Positions 37,958 to 50,549 of a DNA stretch of 64,000 bases are shown here, piece after piece; positions within the stretch are counted from its first letter, which is position 1; each line of letters starts with the position of its first letter. The notes beneath the pieces are model-generated. The model was not told the origin of the DNA. It saw only the letters and a list, made by a program, of their open reading frames with translations, and searched no databases. Source of the stretch: Corythoichthys intestinalis (taxonomy: Eukaryota); the NCBI RefSeq assembly GCF_030265065.1, contig NC_080406.1, forward strand, positions 15,977,094 through 16,041,093. Direction: 5' to 3'. A program made the translations under genes and the position numbers.

Positions 37958-39050
37958 TGGCTCTACGTCATTCTAGGGTGATCATTTTTTGATTTCCAAA
38001 AAGAGGACAAAAATAACAGACATAATCCCTGTTTAAATTCATGTTCAAAATTTATATGGATTGATAGAACGCATGCACACACTGTGTGTGCATGACGTAT
38101 ACACATACGGTCAGTTTGCCCAGACTCTCAGTCATGTAAGCAATATTGAAATACAGTACTGCTTATTTGGTGCACAGAAAGAAGACAGAGTATTCTCAGG
38201 CTTATTTCCCTCCCACAATTTTATTTTTTTATGACTGTTGTCAAGCCCGCCTCTTCCCTAAAAGTAGAGTTAAAGCTAGGCGGTAATGCTAATGTACAGC
38301 TCCATCGCTGCCGTCCTCCGTGCCTCTCGCTCTTTGCTGACATAATTGCTGCATGAATTCCGCTTTGTGAGACTTGACAGTTCAGACCGCAGCCACATTC
38401 TGGAAAAATGTGGCCCAGATCAGATTTTAACCACATACCAAGGTGACCTAGCTCAGATTTGAAATGGTCCACACTTATCAGACCTGTCCCGCTCATATCA
38501 TCAACTTAATGCCCCACTCGAGTGGGAAAAACACGAAAAAATCAGATTTGTGCATTAAGACCTGAGGTATGAACCCAGCCTCAGTAGACCATTTCAAATA
38601 TGATGTAGGTCACTTTCATATGCGGTTAAAATCCTATCTGGGCCACATTTTTCCAGAATTTGGCTGCCGTCTGAAGTATCAAGTCTCCCAAATCGTCATT
38701 CATGCATCAATTACGTCAGCAAAGAGCGAGAGAGGCAGGGAGGACCGTGGCGATTGAACTGTGCATTACCGTTAGCGCACAGCTTGAACTCAGCTTTTAG
38801 GCAGGAGTTGGGTTTTACCCATAATGAAAAAAAGTAAAATGGAAAAAAAAAGGTAAGCCCAAGAATGCTGGGTTTTATTTTTGTGTGCCATATGAGCAAT
38901 ATTGCTTACATGACCGAGAGTATGTGCGTATAAGTTCTATCAATCCATATAAACTTTGAATATAAGACTAAACAGGGATTATTTTTGTCTGAAATTTGTG
39001 TGCTTTATTTGGAAATCAAAATATGATCACCTTAGAATGACGACGAGCCA
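37958..39050. mobile_element. Long-TIR foldback-type element (~1.1 kb; ~130-bp TIRs at 37958-38085 and 38925-39050) with an internal ~250-bp-arm palindrome centred near 38530, in naxd intron 4
   Basis: Left TIR ctggctctacgtcattctagggtgatcattttttgatttccaaaaagaggacaaaaataacagac… matches the reverse complement of …gtctgaaatttgtgtgctttatttggaaatcaaaatatgatcaccttagaatgacgacgagccag. The mirror-image ORFs 38221-38496(-) and 38569-38757(+) are artefacts of the internal palindrome. A further inverted copy of the palindrome tip lies at 37745-37835. Confidence 0.65.
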
Positions 39051-39194
39051 GAATGTGTAGTCATTTGTTTAGATGCTCCTGCGCATGCGGATCAGTTTGC
39101 TCAGTACGTGTTGGATGCGAGTAAAGTGCGCATGCGTAATACTTGAACGGGCTCAATGGACAAAGGCAGTCCGAACGGGCACGCCAAAAAACAG

Positions 39195-40250
39195 ATATGG
39201 CGGAAAACACAGACAAGACTGTAAAAGCAGTTCCTGCTCTTGAACCCCTTTTTAAAAGAAACTGCTGTATTTTAAGCCAAAAGAACTGTTGTGTTTGATA
39301 GAACAAGATGTCTATATGCTGCCATAGCAGATTCATGGCACAATAAGCCCCCAAACTATTTTTAATTTGTCCGTTTTACAATGGAAACCCCCGTTTACAG
39401 ACGTCGCGCAACCGCTTTTGTTTCAACCCAGCCATAAATATTTATATATAATTATATATAAATAATATTTATATTTATTATTCAAAATGTCATTTTTAGC
39501 TTAGAATCATTATATTTATTTCTCAAAATGTCATTTATAGCTTAGAATAATTAACTGATGTCTAATATATTGTTAAACAAAAAAAAAACAAAAAAAACGA
39601 CTTTAAAAAATTATTCACTCGCATATTTTAAACTTTTAAACGAATTACGTCACAATGAAAAAATGGTGTCTGTAAATAAGTCACGGACATCTACCTCATA
39701 ACCATGGCTTAATTTTATTTAATTTTTGTTACTTTCGCATTTTCCCCGATATGTTTGGTGATAAATAATCGATCCAAACAAAGAAAAATTGAAAAAAAAA
39801 TTTAAAGGGTAAATATATGAAAAAGAACATCTCGCCACTCATTGATGTCTGTGATTTCTGCATCGAGACTCTTGTTATATTACCATGTTTCACCCATGAA
39901 ATCCCCCCAAAATCCGGCTGTGGCCATTCACATCTGTGTCTTGACACTCGATGATACATCCTACATGGAGTTTTTGGATCGAAATAAGGTAAGTACGTGA
40001 TAATACCTCGTTAAAATCATGGCGTCTTTAAATATGCTCTCGCATGCTCTCAACTCCAGTTAGGGTTTTGCTGTTTAAAAAAATATTTTTTTAAAATGCC
40101 CTCCTGTTTAAAAATTTTCTTCCCTCAGAAAATTGAGATTTTAAGCTTTCTAATGATGCATCACACATGCATATAGGACAATTTTGAAATTTGGCCAAAT
40201 TGGGGGTCTCAGAGCTGAACTTCAAGTCACCTGAGTGTTTTCCGCCATAT
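39195..40250 (+). mobile_element. Repeat family D, copy B (1056 bp, forward)
   Basis: Termini atatggcggaaaacacagacaag… and …cacctgagtgttttccgccatat. Confidence 0.7.
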
Positions 40251-40426
40251 GACAAAAACGGAATTATGTATTAAGACCTGCAGTACTAAACTATCCTACG
40301 ATCCAAGTCCTAAAAAAATGTGTTACTTTACAAAAACAATTTGACAGTATGTAACTATAGCAGAAAGCAAATAGCGTTTTTCTTCCATCTGTTGGTGTGA
40401 TCGTTTTCCACAAATGGGCCACTCAC

Positions 40427-40515
40427 AAGACAGGATGAACTATGAGCTCCGGGCTGTAGGATTTGATTACAGCTGCAGCATCTTTGGTGCAGAACACGTG
40501 AGACAAGTCGGCACC
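40427..40515 (-). CDS. naxd: naxd exon 4 ([30 protein letters not shown])
   Basis: Acceptor ttatctgcag and donor gtgagt. It aligns with human [30 protein letters not shown]. Confidence 0.85.
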
Positions 40516-40582
40516 CTGCAGATAAGACAAACACATTGCAGAAACACCGCATTTAATGCAAAGTGCGATCCGTTTTTCTCAC

Positions 40583-40628
40583 CACTTTCAGTGCCGAAAT
40601 GGCAGCAAAGTAGGGCGCTCCGGTGTAG
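40583..40628 (-). CDS. naxd: naxd exon 3 (46-nt micro-exon, YTGAPYFAAISALKV)
   Basis: Acceptor ctttaccttcaag and donor gtgaga, followed by a 67-nt intron. Skipping the intron gives an immediate in-frame stop. Confidence 0.75.
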
Positions 40629-40723
40629 CTTGAAGGTAAAGACGGACGCATTAGAGGATGAAATGAAATGCAATCAATACCGGGATGAATTCCCAAGCGT
40701 GTGCATGCATGTGTGTGACATAC

Positions 40724-40874
40724 TCTTGGCATCCGCCTATGATACCGATTCGGCCATCTTGTCCCTTGTGCTTGTTGTTGGACAGCGGGGGAACGATCTT
40801 CTTCACCAGTGATAGGATGCGCTCCTCCATGCCGCCGTCAGATGTCGGGGCCAGGCTGTAGCGACGTTCAAACA
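40724..40874 (-). CDS. naxd: naxd exon 2 ([50 protein letters not shown](D/E))
   Basis: Acceptor tttatttgcgcag and donor CAAGA|gtatgt. It aligns with human LERAFSL…[30 protein letters not shown]. Confidence 0.8.
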
Positions 40875-40914
40875 CTGCGCAAATAAAAATCGTGATTACA
40901 AAATAACAATTCAC

Positions 40915-41110
40915 TCAATGGCTACCCTCGACGGCGATAGACGTCTAATCCATTTTGACTGGAAGGGCTGTCAGGGATTGAATAATCGATGTTAGCCCTC
41001 CCTGTCAAAATGCATTTGAACGTCTATCACCGTCAATGGCACTGAAACATGATCATTCACTGTCAGCCCTCCCTGTTCAAATGTATTGGACATTTATCAT
41101 CCTCCTGGGC
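40915..41110. mobile_element. Hairpin MITE family C: tandem pair of copies immediately upstream of naxd exon 2
   Basis: ctaccctcgacggcgatagacgtctaatccattttgactggaagggctgtcagggattg … ccctccctgtcaaaatgcatttgaacgtctatcaccgtcaatggcac …. Confidence 0.6.
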
Positions 41111-41296
41111 AACCAATGACTCGATTATATGGAGACAAAAAAAAGAGCCTTTAGTCCAAGACTTAGAGCCATAAAACGTTACCTTAATTAGTTTGTGCGA
41201 TCCTTGATCCATTGATTAATTTATATTTGTGTTCACAATCTAAAACTTTAAGTACAACAACACATACGGTATTCTGTGAATACAATACATACTAGT

Positions 41297-43470
41297 CTTC
41301 TCAAAAAATTAGCATATTGTGATAAAGTTCATTATTTTCTGTAATGCACTGATAAACATTACTTTCATATATTTTAGATTAATTACACACAACTGAAGTA
41401 GTTCAAGCCGTTTATTGTTTTAATATTGATGATTTTGGCAAAAAAAAAAGTCAAGAAAAAACAAAAATCCCTATCTCAAAAAATTAGCATATCATGAAGA
41501 TGTTCTCTAAAGAAGCTACTAACCTAATCATCTGAATCAACGAATTAACTCAAAATCCCTGCAAAAGATTCTTGAGGCTTTTAAAAACTCCCAGCCTGGT
41601 TCATTACTCAAAACCGCAATCATGGGCAAGACTGTCGACCTGACTGCTGTCCAGATGGCCATAATTGACACCCTCAAGCAAAAGGCTAAGACACAGAAAG
41701 AAATTTCTGAGCGAATAGGCTGTTCCCAGAGTGCTGTATCAAGGCACCTGAGTGGAAGTCTGTGGGAAGGAAAAAGTGTGGCAGGAAACTCTGCACAACC
41801 AGAAGAGGTGACCGCACCCTGAGAAAGATTGTGGAGAAGGTCTGATTCCAGACCTTGGGGGACCTGCAGAAACAGTGGACCGAGTCTGGAGAAGAAACAT
41901 CCAGAGCCACCGTGCACAGGCGTGTGCTGGAAATAATCTACAGGTGCCGCATTCCTCAGGTCAAGCCAGTTTTGAACCTGAAACAGTGGCAGAAGCGCCT
42001 GAACTGGGCTCCAGAGAAGCAGCACTGGACTGTTGCTCAGTGGTCCAAAGTACTTTTTTCAGATGAAAGCAAATTTTGCATCTCATTCGGAAATCAAGGT
42101 GCCAGAGTTTGGAGAAAGACTGGGGAGAAGGAAATGCCAAAATGCTTGAAGTCCAGTGTCAAGTACCCACTGTCAGTGATGGTCTGGGGTGCCATGTCAC
42201 CTGCTGGTGTTGGCCTACTGTGTTTTATCAAGGGCAGGGTCAACGCAGCTAGCTATCAGGAGATTTTGTAGCACTTCATGCTTCCATCTGCTGAAAAGCT
42301 TTATGGAGATGAAGATTTCATTTTACAGCACGACCTGGCACCTGTTCACAGTGCCAAAACCACTGGTAAATGGTTTAAGGGGCAGTTTACATAGCGACTC
42401 TGCGACACAAAGACGCAATAACTGAGTACTCGCCTCCCTGCATATGGTGTCGGCTTAGACGAAAAATTCTGAATCCTGCCTCCAAAGTGGAAGAATCCCA
42501 TTGCGGGGGATTGAAGGGGGCTTCCTCGGCATGCATATCAAAGGCTCCCGCGGCGCGATCGCGCCGATAACGTCAGCACTCGTACACGTCACATTAGTAG
42601 CACCGCTGCGTATGCCCAAACATTAAAAACAGCAAATATGGCAGAATGTCGGCTTTAATTTACTGTTTTAATAATATTTTTAAATTAGATATGTTGAATG
42701 TTTCCATTTTTGTGCCTTTTTGAACAAAAGAAAAATGCCATTGCTTCGAGTGGGCAGGCATATTTTTTTCCCGGGCTGAGGGAGCTTGGTGGGGTCAAAG
42801 TGCATCATTCTCTGTCGCCCTGTAAATCTGCACTGCCCCCTAGGGCCTGACATGAATACTATATCATTTTCATTCGGAATTGCGACATTGTTCGAATGGA
42901 GGCGCAAATGCAAATTTGACATTTTTCGTTTTCTCGAAAAGTCACCATGTAAACGGCCCCTTACTGACCATGGAATTACTGTGCTCAATTGGCCTGCCAA
43001 CTCTCCTGACCTGAACCCCATAGAGAATCTGTGGGATATTGTGAATAGGAAGTTGAGAGACACCAAACCCAACACTGTAGATGAGCTTAAGGCAACTATC
43101 GAAGCATCCTGGGCCCCCATTAACACCTCAGCAGTGCCACAGGCTCATTGCCTCCATGCCACACCGCATTGAAGCAGTCATTTCTGCAAAAGGATTCCCG
43201 ACCAAGTATTGAGTGCATAGTTGATATAACTAATTGAAGGTTGACTTTTTTTGTATTAAAAAAAAAAATTGGGGCAGATGAAATATGCTAATTTTTTTAA
43301 ATTGGGATTTTTGTTTTTTCTTGCCTTTTTTGCCAAAATCATCATAACAATAAAAGGCTTGAACTACTTCAGTTTTGTGTAATGAATCTAAAATATATGA
43401 AAGTCTAATGTTTATCAGTACATTACAGAAAATAATGAACTTTATCACAATATGCTAATTTTTTGAGAAG
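41297..43470 (+). mobile_element. Tc1-like DNA transposon with long (~200 bp) IR/DR termini and a degenerate DD34E transposase, inside naxd intron 1
   Basis: The termini 41297-41510 and 43270-43470 are reverse complements (cttctcaaaaaattagcatattgtgataaagttcattattttctgtaatg…). Internal ORFs give …WAPEKQHWTVAQWSKVLFSDESKF…, …WGAMSPAGVGLLCF… and …VLNWPANSPDLNPIENLWDIVNRKL…. Confidence 0.85.
41622..43172 (+). pseudogene. Tc1 transposase pseudogene, split by frameshifts and by a 580-bp MITE-H insertion at 42376-42956
   Basis: The transposase segments lie in three different frames with in-frame stops. The inserted element has termini ggggcagtttacatagcg … ccatgtaaacggcccc. Confidence 0.75.
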
Positions 43471-43624
43471 GACCTGTATACCAGGGCTGGCTGTGAATGA
43501 GTTGATACATTCTTGAATGTATTGAAGCAGCATGGATTTCCCCACTGCACAACAAATGAAAAAACTTTGCTGGTGGTAACCATCATGTTAAAACCAATTG
43601 CAATAATATCACTGAGCTGCAGCT

Positions 43625-44067
43625 CTACCACTGCCAGTTGACCACACAGGCGGCAGTAACCCCAATACCTAATGGCTGAGAGTCCCGTTTTAACGGCTGA
43701 CACCGCTTGGGTAAACCGTCAGCCGGCGGTGAAGGTTGGTGCTGCGAGTACATCGGCAAGTGTTGGGAGGGCGCGCCGGTCTTTAGTTGAGCAGGGGAGG
43801 AGATGTTGGAGAACATCTGCCCCAGCATCTGGAGCATGTGCAGCTCCCTGGCATGCTCTGCTTCCCGCCGGTTGTCCTCCGCCTGTAAACGGCGCTCCTC
43901 CATTCGGTAGAAGTTGTCCTCGGCCTGTGAGCTCTGCTTCAGGAACTGCTCCATGAGCCGTTCCAAGGGGAAGTTGGTGCGCCGCCGTCGCCGCTGCTTG
44001 GGTGTGGAAGCGGTGCAGTTCGCTGCCAACTGGCTGCTGTTGGGATTCGGATGTTGTTCCGATGTAC
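43625..44067 (-). CDS. Myb/SANT-like gene exon 2 (…STSEQHPNPNSSQLAANCTASTPKQRRRRRTNFPLERLMEQFLKQSSQAEDNFYRMEERRLQAEDNRREAEHARELHMLQMLGQMF…*): basic NLS plus coiled coil
   Basis: Acceptor tcccgttcccttcag. The phase-1 join with exon 1 gives a continuous 319-aa ORF, and the stop sits at 43625-43627. Confidence 0.6.
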
Positions 44068-45409
44068 CTGAAGGGAACGGGAGACATTTTCATTTCCATA
44101 TTTTTGAATCTATAAGCTGCTACTTTTCCCCCACACCCTTTGAAACCTACGGCTACCAAGCATTACAGGCTTACTAGCATCATTCTTCCTAGTTTACTCA
44201 TTAATTTTGGTTAACGTTATGATGACGGTGCCACTTTAGGTGAATTCAGAGTCGTTACCTATGAACGCGAGTAGTCATTTATCCAACGAAAATCAGAATT
44301 TCAGACTGTAGCAGACAAGCTTGGAATTTATTGTCCAATGCACTTGTAGCTTACTTGCTACATTCAAGGTGAGTTACAAGTTTCTAAGGCTTCAACAACT
44401 AATATTTTTTATTGATTAATAAATTTGGTTGTTAACGAATTTGATAATTTATTTTTGCCGGCAGCTACAGCAGTACAGTTTGGGTCCTTGTTTGCGTGAA
44501 CTGTGAAGCTGCGCGCGCGCCAGAGATTAGGGCAAGAAAGAGAGAGTTCACTGCGACACTCAGGTTTAGTTGCTCAATCAATAATATCTACGCAAAAGTC
44601 TTGTCTTGAGTTGTGTGTGTTATTAGATCCAGTCTGCCTCCGACAGAGGTGAGTAAATGAAGCCAATTTTTTTGTTTGTATTCTTTGTTGATGAGACATT
44701 ACTACTTAGCAGGGAGCGCTAAGCTAGTTAGCGATTATGCTAATCAGCGTCTTAAGTGTCGGTTTGTATAGTGTTTTGGAGAGGCAAGTTAGCAGTTGAG
44801 GTACTGTTTGATAGTAAAGTTATCTATTTGTTTTTTTATAAAGAAACCACACACATAACCCATTCATATAACAGTTTAGAGTCACCTTTCAGCAAAAACT
44901 CACATTCAAACTGTAAATCGTCATGCAAGAGAGTGTGCTTTGAAATTGGATTTGGATTGTATTTATGAACAACTGTTTGATAAATTAAAACTGATTCATT
45001 AGTCTGCCTCCTCCCTATTCGATTTTGTTTAGTTTAAGAAAATAAATGAGTCATTGACACCATTTGTATCAGCGATTTGCCCACCAGAAAAAAAAATGTC
45101 AATCAGCAGCACTTTTTTTCATTTGAATGAACAGGACTAATTTGTGTACTGAGAAATACTCTTTTATACTAAGAACCTTTATTAAAACAAGTATTATGTA
45201 CTTAAAACGGTACAGTTGTAGACTACAGTTAAGTCAAGTCGCTGTAATAAAATATTATTTTTGAAGGAAATAGTCATCCAGTTTGTCTTCATAGCTACTT
45301 ACAACATGCCTAAAACAACTTTGGGTTAAAATGTGAAGGTAATTGAAATGTATCCGATTAATCGTTTAATTAAACGTCTGATTAATTGAATATAAGAAAA
45401 TAATAGTTA

Positions 45410-45850
45410 ATCGCCTTCCAAGCTGCGTTCAGACTGCAGGCATATCTGATTCTAATGGGATTCCTCCTCAGATCTAATTTTTAGGGCTGACTGTTCCCAC
45501 TATTTTTTGCAAGTGTCCAAATAAGATTTGGGCCTGTTCAGACTGGGCCACATTATTGACACACCTGACAGGTTGCTGTGGCAACAAATGCGTCATCCTG
45601 CACAAAGTAAGGTCACGCACAATCGAAAACCATCTGAGCTGTTCAGACTGGGAGGCATCTTGTCTATATCTGATACGAAACTACCTCCCATATGTGGCTT
45701 CAATTTGTATTGCAAAAATCAGATTTCTGTGCTTTGTGACTGTTCAGACTGACTACAATAGAGCCATCCAGGTTCTATCTGAATGGGTTAAAACTAAGAT
45801 TTTGGCTGCCAGTCTGAACAAGGCCTTATTGTTAAGCGAAGACACATTGT
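45410..45850. repeat. Repeat family G (recurrent gttcagactg motif), copy 1
   Basis: Collinear at ~80% identity with 53575-53990. Confidence 0.6.
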
Positions 45851-45889
45851 TAAGAGAAGACACAAGACCGGTACCGGCTCGTAGTGCAT

Positions 45890-46575
45890 TTGCTACCGGG
45901 CTGCAGAGAAATAGTAATTAATTTGTTAATGACCGCAATCTGGTCTGTGCCTCTTGACACATCAATATGCCTGTCTACTCTATGAATAATCCGAGTAGAG
46001 ATTTTTGTACGTCGCTCTCTTGTGGTTGGCCGCCATTACTAGGGTGTTTGCACACCTATAGCAGCTCGGCGTCAGTCAATGCAAACAGTAATGTTAGCTG
46101 CTGTTGGCTGTGTGTTGCGAGCGGCAACATCTTTGAAAGCTTTTTTTAATGGGGAAAAGGCCTCCTTGCCGAGCCAGAAGAGGAGCTTATACCCAAGTCC
46201 ATTCTGCATAATATGTGGCTAAAAGCTAGCAAACGAGGCAACAAAAGCGAATGCACTGAGAGCATCATACCTCGTGGCGAACCGCATTGCTAAAGCCAAG
46301 AAACCTTTCACGATTGGAGAAGAACAGATCAGTTATGCCTGCGACCAAAGATATTTGGCCTCAAGTTTTAGGAGAGGCCGCTGTTAAAAAAGGTTGAGAC
46401 GACATATGGTGAGTTACATTTTCCCTACACTTAATGTTCGTTTTTAGCCCCGTTGTGTTATTTTATATTTACTGTAATTTTCTGCCACACACTGCTGGTC
46501 CGTAAAAAAAAAAAAGGCCCACTTCAAACCGGACCGTTGTGCAAAAAAAAGGTTGGGGACCACTACACTAAAGAA
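45890..46575. mobile_element. Second, 5'-decayed and internally deleted hAT-N copy related to 30856-32373 (3' TIR ggttggggaccactac)
   Basis: 46140-46520 aligns with 31160-31690 of the intact copy, and 45957-45990 aligns with 30930-30960. Confidence 0.55.
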
Positions 46576-47486
46576 TGACTCATTGCAAACCTCAGGTGAT
46601 TTGGCATGTTTTTAAAATAAAGCTTATCCATAGTTTGCTATGACAAAGCTGCTATGCAAGCATGCTGCTTGCAGAGTTGGTGGCATTAGAAAGAACAACT
46701 TAAGGCTTGCCTTGGGTGATGTGACAAAATTCAAAAGAACGGACATCCATTCCATAGTGCGCTATGACATGGCTGCAACAAGAGTGCTAGAGTATAGTCA
46801 GATGTTGTTTATATGTGTATTTTTTTCTTCAAGTGTTGTAAGAATTGAACAGCTGAAGTGATCTTAAAAAAAAAAACAACAACAATAACTCGTAATTCCT
46901 ATAGTGTTCGCTGATTTGGAAATAGACATGTGCAGATTACCGGTTTCAAGGTATAACGTCAAAACCACAAGAATTTTCCATCATACAGTCCCTAAGGTAT
47001 TAGCTATTTGTCATGTCCCAAAAATGCACGGAGAAACGCCTCACTTCCAGCTGCAAGGCCCACCAGTTATTGCTCAGTGTTCGTGAATCAGCTGTGCGAC
47101 ACGATGGCTGGAGGAGGTTTAACTCCTGAGCCCCCCCCCCCATCGAAGAAAACGTAATCCTTGGTATGGGAATACTGTGGCTGCAGAAAAGTTTCAGACG
47201 GCCGCGGCTTAGAGGAGGAGGGCCAACCGACATGTAAAATATGTTTGCGGACTATGGCTGCCGAGGAGGCAATACCTCCAATATGATTTCACATTTATAC
47301 AAAATTAAAGGTTTGTAAGCACTCGAGGTGGGAATCTTTGGGTACCTAACGACTCGATTACGATTCAGAGGCTCCGATTCGATTATAAATCGAATATTGA
47401 TGTCACCCAAACCCCCCTTTTAATGTTTTGTACATTAGTACCAAAATAGTTTAAAAATCCTATTAGGCTAAACCAAACTAATTAGA

Positions 47487-48410
47487 GCTGGGAATCTTTG
47501 GGCACCTAACGATTCGATTACGATTCAGAGGCTCCGATTCGATTATAAAACGATTATTGATGCACCCCACTCCTTTTTTTTTTTTTAAAAATTTGTTTTG
47601 TACATTTTGTTCAAAAATCCTCTCAGGCTAAACCAAACTACTATTTCAGTCTCAAGTTAACATATAGCAGTAAACAAATATACAAAAATAACAGTAAATA
47701 AAAAACTCCAGTCCCCATTCTATATCAGCAGCTTTAAACTACTTTCAATTAATTTAATGTTGTGAATCAACCGTTAAAGTTGTTAAAATTGCTCCTGTTA
47801 TTCCATAATTTCTCTTTTGTCTACTTTCAACATGTAAAAGTTTTAAAACTATTTTAAAGATAGATTCAAGTCAATATTTTACCGATTTGGGAGTATTTTA
47901 GATAAAAAGTTAATTGGGTTCGCTTGGAAGGTTCGCAACAACAGCCTTGCAGGGAAGTGTACTGCTTTAAGATGGCGGCCGTTACTAACGCCCGCATCTA
48001 GTTTTTTGTAGATGTGCTGGTAACGATACCTAAGCTATAATGCATCTAGTCCTATATAAATGATATCTACCGTAACATAATGTGGCTTGTAGCAGCTTTT
48101 CGGCAGCAGTCAGGTATGTTGTTGTTTTTTTTTTTTTATCTCGTGGCATGAGTTGAGCTAGAGCCGTGAGTTGAGCATTGGCGTTACCCGAGGGGCCGGG
48201 TAATGAGAAGCATGATGTTTAGCTACTCTCGCTCCGTCCCTAATTGCATACCGAAGACTGCGCGGCGCGCTGAGTGTGTCGTACTTCTGCTTTACTTGGC
48301 ATGTTTCAATAATTGGAATTTGGATGTTTGTGAATCGTTCTCGAATCTTCCACGGCCGAATCGCGAATAATCTAAGAATCGGAAATTTTGCACACCTCTA
48401 AAACTAATAT
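47487..48410. mobile_element. Repeat family B copy 2 (full length). A partial copy lies upstream at 47321-47412 and a 3' partial copy at 48640-49135
   Basis: Near-identical to 8001-8870, including the aagatggcggccg motif. Confidence 0.65.
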
Positions 48411-49734
48411 TTAAGTATCAAGTTAACAGCTAAAAACATTGAATAAAATACTCAAGTCCCCATTCTGTATCAGCAGCTTTAAACTACATTCAATTAACTT
48501 AATGATGTGAATCAATCGTTAAAGTTGATAAAATTGCTCCCGTTATTCCATAATTTCCCCTCTGTCTACTTTCAATATGTCAAAGTTTTAAAACTGTTTC
48601 ATTATTTAAAGATAGATTTAAGTCAAGATTTTGCTGATTTAGGAGTATTTCAGATAAAAAGTTAATTAGGTTCGCTACAACAGAGCCTTCTAGAGAAGCT
48701 ACTGCTTTAAGATGGCTGCTGTTTACAACGCAGCAACTACTAAACGGCAAGCCAGTCATTTTGCATCTAGTTCTTTTTATATGTTCTAACACCGCATTCG
48801 TCTGTTATTTAGCATCTAGTTCTGCATATATGTGATATCTACTATAACCGTATGTGGCCGTATGTTCGTAGCAACTAGCAACTGGGTGTAGTTTGAACCA
48901 GCTGTCGGCCGCAGTCAGGTATTTTTGTTCTTTTATCTAGCGGCATGAGTTGAACATGATATTTGCTCTCGGTCCGTTCCTCATTGCGTCCTGAAGACCG
49001 CGCTGACTGTGTTTTAGTTCTGCTTTACCTGATATAATTCAGTAATCGGAATTTGGATGTTTGTGAATCGTTCTTGAATCTTCCACGGCCGAATCGCGAA
49101 TAATCTAAGGATCAGGAAATTCCGCACGCCTCTAGTAAGCACTGTCATGAATGTTTCCCACCAGCTACGAGAGTTAACTCTAGCGTGTTTAGTGTGTCTA
49201 GCAGTGGTAAAATGTGTCTTTTTTCTCTCAGGTAACTGCGTTAAGAAACTGTGTTAAGAAAGAGAGTGTGTGTATAATGTAAACATGATACGAGTCCTAC
49301 ACATGTGGTTTTTATGGAAAATAAACTAATTATTTTTGTTCTGATGGTAATAATGTTGAGCTATGGCTGTGGGTTTAGGCTCACCTAAAGGACTGCATTT
49401 ATTTTAATTTTAGATTTTTTAACTTAACATTATACTTATGTTCCAAATTGCTAATATGTTTTGAAAAATAAAAATCCTGTTCAATGGAAAAAAGCTTTTA
49501 TTTTATGTTTTTTGAAAACCCAGCTATCTCAAAGTAACACATTTTAGAGCTATAATTGCAATACCGTGATATTTTGGCTGAGAGTTATCATACTGTCAGA
49601 ATATATTACCAGCACATGCCTATTTGGAAGTAAACACATTCGTCGACTTGACTGCATTGAATTGAATTACAATAAAATCTCACAAGTGCAACACCAAACA
49701 TAAGACTTCCAAATAGTGGATACACAAGTTAACT

Positions 49735-49805
49735 CGGTGACTGCCATTGACGACAGTAGATGTCCAATCCACATCTATCACCGTCAATAGCAGTGAATCA
49801 GTTAA
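49735..49805. mobile_element. Hairpin MITE family C copy
   Basis: actgccattgacgacagtagatgtccaatccacatctatcaccgtcaatagcagtg. Confidence 0.55.
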
Positions 49806-50032
49806 TAAAGGGTGTACTGTATAACAGCGATTTCAACAGATTAATTCCATAACCATCATTTTACTTTTAATTCCGACCAAATCTGGAACGGATTTCAGTG
49901 AATCGGATCAACTGAGTTAATCGGTCCTGCCTTCAGCCAAGTTGTATTCATACTACCAAAACTCAAACAATGTCTATAGTTAACACAAAAACAAGAAACT
50001 GGAAGCATCATGAATACTCCACGTGTACTTAC

Positions 50033-50549
50033 TGTTGTTTCCCACTGTGACCTTAACCGGGATGGGAATGGGAATACTGGGATACTCCAGTTTGACCTCA
50101 GTCTCTGCGGGAAAGGGACAGTCTCCGGTGCTCTCCGAATAGACATCCTGAGCATCCTCCGCATCTTCATCTAAGCCGTCCACGGCCTCCTCCCCTCCCG
50201 GCCCTCCGTCAATGAACTCCTGGGGGTCAAGGGCGGGCCGGTTGCTCAGAATCCTCTCCATGGTGTCGTAGAACTTAGCGATCTTGTGGTACTGCCTGTT
50301 ATTACGCAGATTGCCCTCTTTGGCGAGCAAGTATTGTCGTTTGAGGCTCTTAATGCGCACCCTACACTGCTCCGGCGTGCGCTCGAAGCCCATCGCCCCC
50401 AGCCGCCGGGACACGTCGCGGTAAACGAAGCTGTTGCGGAAGTTCCCGTCCAGCGCCTCCTGGACGTCCTGCTCCCCCCAAATGTTTAGCAACGTCCTCG
50501 TCTCCGCGTCCGACCACAGAAAGCCCCGGGTCGTGGTGTTGAGCAGCAT
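50033..50549 (-). CDS. Myb/SANT-like (Myb_DNA-bind_4 / trihelix-type) gene exon 1: MLLNTTTRGFLWSDAETRTLLNIWGEQDVQEALDGNFRNSFVYRDVSRRLGAMGFERTPEQCRVRIKSLKRQYLLAKEGNLRNNRQYHKIAKFYDTMERIL…
   Basis: ATG at 50549-50547. The ORF-track start at 50603 is a TTG. Donor AACAACA|gtaagt at 50032. The N-terminal W…W…R…K signature is typical of Myb/SANT-like DNA-binding domains. Confidence 0.6.

Noticed and set aside
38221-38757. A pair of similar ORFs on opposite strands (38221-38496 minus and 38569-38757 plus)
   Set aside because: They are mirror images produced by the internal palindrome of the foldback-type element. No start-codon context or homology supports them.
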